Assembly (NCBI GenBank): GCA_029288275.1
Contig: JARIHM010000085.1
Coordinates: 15,379 to 39,378, forward strand
From: Candidatus Saccharimonadota bacterium
Lineage (GTDB): Bacteria > Patescibacteriota > Saccharimonadia > UBA4664
Reading direction: 5' to 3'
DNA length: 24,000 nt
Below the pieces are notes generated by a model that was given only the letters and a program-made list of their open reading frames with translations, was not told the origin of the DNA and ran no database searches. Made by a program: the position numbers and the translations under genes. Of the stretch, positions 22,477-24,000 are shown piece by piece; positions within the stretch are counted from its first letter, which is position 1; each line of letters opens with the position of its first letter.

Positions 22477-22692
22477 GTGAACCAGATGGCTGGTAACCAC
22501 AGCCGGGCATGGCACGACGCTAACACGGCGGTCGACGAAGCGCAGCGGGCGTATGATGACGCCAAGCGGTTCTATGGCGACGATTCGAACAACGCCTGGA
22601 GGATCAACGATGCGGCCACGGCGCTGACGGCCGCCAGGAACAATTTCAACACAATCAACCGTGATCCCAATCAGGCCTGGGATCAGTCGTGA
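22477..22692 (+). CDS. small Asn/Asp/Ala-rich protein (71 aa from GTG, 68 aa from ATG 22486)
   Basis: Starts 5-14 nt after the previous stop. G/C-rich codons. Followed by a terminator. Product ...MAGNHSRAWHDANTAVDEAQRAYDDAKRFYGDDSNNAWRINDAATALTAARNNFNTINRDPNQAWDQS. Confidence 0.5.
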   Translation: MNQMAGNHSRAWHDANTAVDEAQRAYDDAKRFYGDDSNNAWRINDAATALTAARNNFNTINRDPNQAWDQS

Positions 22693-22696
22693 AATT

Positions 22697-22740
22697 GGCC
22701 CGAACTCTCCTAGAGGGTTCGGGCCTCCTTTCGCCTTTTG
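22697..22740 (+). terminator. rho-independent terminator
   Basis: 9-bp stem ggcccgaac / gttcgggcc, followed by the T-rich tract tcctttcgccttttg. Confidence 0.75.
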
Positions 22741-22764
22741 TTCGCGCGGTATCTGGCAAAGAGG

Positions 22765-22770
22765 TATAAT
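22765..22770 (+). promoter_or_regulatory. -10 box placed for a leaderless dnaG mRNA
   Basis: TATAAT-agagcc-ATG: 6 nt separate the -10 box from the start codon, and no SD sits at usable spacing. Confidence 0.45.
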
Positions 22771-22776
22771 AGAGCC

Positions 22777-24000
22777 ATGGATGAAGTGGCGGAGGTTAAA
22801 AACCGGCTCGAAATTGCCGAGGTGGTAGGTGCGTACGTGCCGCTCAAGCAGGCAGGGCGCAATCTTAAGGCGCCGTGCCCGTTTCATGCTGAGCGCTCAG
22901 CTAGCTTTATGGTGAGCCCAGACAAGGGCATTTATCACTGCTTTGGCTGTGGCGAGGGCGGCGATATTTTTAGCTTCGTCATGAAAATGGAGGGGATTGA
23001 TTTTCGCGAGGCGCTAGAGAAGCTAGCGCGGCAAGCCGGGGTGGAGCTACGCGCCCGCCGCGGCGAAGACCAGGCTGTTAAACGGCTGCGGGCGCGGATG
23101 CTGGAGGCACACGAGCTGGCGGCCAAGTATTATCAAGCCTCTCTGGTACGCAATCCCAAAGCGCTCGACTACGTGGTGAAGAAACGGCATCTGGGTAAGC
23201 AAACGATCAGGGATTTTCAGATTGGCTACGCACCGGATTCTTGGAATGCACTCACGGACTTTCTGACCAAGCGTGGCTTTACCACTCAGGAATTATTGCA
23301 GGCCGGCCTCGCGGCTCAGAAGCCGGGCCGCAGCACCATTTATGATTTCTTCCGCGGGCGCATTATGTTTGCCATTTGTGATCGCGATGGCCGGCCGATC
23401 GCCTTTACGGCGCGTGTGCTAGACGATTCAGTGCCCAAATATCTGAACACGCCGCAAACGCCTTTATATGATAAGAGCCAGACGATTTTTGGCTTGCACT
23501 TGGCTAAAGAAGCGATACGTCAGGCCGATGAAGTGGTACTGGTAGAGGGTCAGATGGACGTGATTGCCAGTCACCAGGCGGGTGTCGGGCAGGTGGTGGC
23601 AACGAGCGGTACGGCGCTAACCTTAGAGCATTTGCGAGCGCTCGCGAAGCTCACTAAAAACATTAAACTAGCTTTTGACGCCGACCGGGCCGGCCTGGCT
23701 GCCACCGAGCGTGCCATTGAGCTGGGCCAAAAACTAGGGTTAACGCTGCGAATGGTCCAGATCGACCATGCCAAGGATGCGGACGAGCTCATCCAGAAGG
23801 ATGTGGCAGCTTGGAGCCGGGCGATTGCCGAGGCCAAGTATATTGTGGACTATCTATTTGACCGCTTTGCACATGATTACGATTTGGAGACGGCCGTGGG
23901 CAAGCGCCAGTACACGGATCGTTTGGCAGCCAATTTACGCCGTTTGGGCGACCCGGTCGAACAAGATCACTATGTGAAGCTGCTGGCCGAGCGCGTGGGC
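22777..24000 (+). CDS. dnaG: DNA primase DnaG, partial (continues past the window end)
   Basis: Hand translation gives 408 codons open to the window edge. It is missing from the track because it has no stop. Zinc ribbon CPFHAERSASFMVSPDKGIYHCFGCGEGGD and TOPRIM motifs VLVEGQMDV and FDADRAG. Confidence 0.95.
   Translation, partial: MDEVAEVKNRLEIAEVVGAYVPLKQAGRNLKAPCPFHAERSASFMVSPDKGIYHCFGCGEGGDIFSFVMKMEGIDFREALEKLARQAGVELRARRGEDQAVKRLRARMLEAHELAAKYYQASLVRNPKALDYVVKKRHLGKQTIRDFQIGYAPDSWNALTDFLTKRGFTTQELLQAGLAAQKPGRSTIYDFFRGRIMFAICDRDGRPIAFTARVLDDSVPKYLNTPQTPLYDKSQTIFGLHLAKEAIRQADEVVLVEGQMDVIASHQAGVGQVVATSGTALTLEHLRALAKLTKNIKLAFDADRAGLAATERAIELGQKLGLTLRMVQIDHAKDADELIQKDVAAWSRAIAEAKYIVDYLFDRFAHDYDLETAVGKRQYTDRLAANLRRLGDPVEQDHYVKLLAERVG

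Noticed and set aside
22450-22887. 145-aa minus-strand ORF overlapping the small cassette, its terminator and the dnaG start.
   Set aside because: It runs antisense through a terminator and the conserved DnaG zinc-ribbon region, with no SD. It is a shadow ORF.
1-24000. Alternative genetic code (UGA recoding, as in some candidate phyla), CRISPR arrays, rRNA genes, transposases or integrases, and DnaA-box clusters.
   Set aside because: Conserved genes have no in-frame TGA, and TGA is used as a stop (NUDIX, msrB fusion). I saw no spaced direct repeats, rRNA-like sequence, recombinase motifs or TTATCCACA-type boxes on reading either strand.

Overview
This 24-kb window looks chromosomal and uses the standard genetic code: TGA, TAG and TAA all terminate recognisable conserved genes, and none of them has an in-frame TGA. 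The backbone is ordinary housekeeping: NUDIX hydrolase, MurE-type ligase, arginase, phosphomannomutase/phosphoglucomutase, CIRCE-controlled groES-groEL, a SIS-type PGI/PMI, tRNA-Ser(GGA), GNAT acetyltransferase, SAM methyltransferase, one ORF fusing an LmbE/PIG-L deacetylase to MsrB, a cysteine-free MutY-like glycosylase, a DUF3052-like protein, a PHP phosphoesterase and DnaG (runs off the 3' edge). The short MurE, SIS-type PGI/PMI and cluster-free MutY suggest a reduced-genome, Patescibacteria/Saccharibacteria-like lineage, but I cannot verify that without a search. The main observation is a mosaic. At least six self-contained cassettes with visibly higher G+C and G/C-ending codons sit between the housekeeping genes (2-609, 10122-11008, 11024-12213, 13319-14766, 19468-21012, 22254-22740). 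Each has its own sigma70-like promoter, a Shine-Dalgarno site and a hairpin terminator. A weaker case is the small-ORF unit at 3745-4399. Their products are orphans: a J-domain protein with an acidic partner, tandem paralogs carrying a repeated helical domain, a protein with a Pro-rich head and an RGG/RNN tail, an SPFH/band-7 protein with a small membrane partner, and small charged proteins. Several unannotated small Cys-rich ORFs, one ORF interrupted by an in-frame TAG, and two TATAAT-N6-ATG (leaderless-type) starts are also noted. I saw no CRISPR array, rRNA, transposase or integrase. All functional calls rest on motifs read by eye; no database search was possible.
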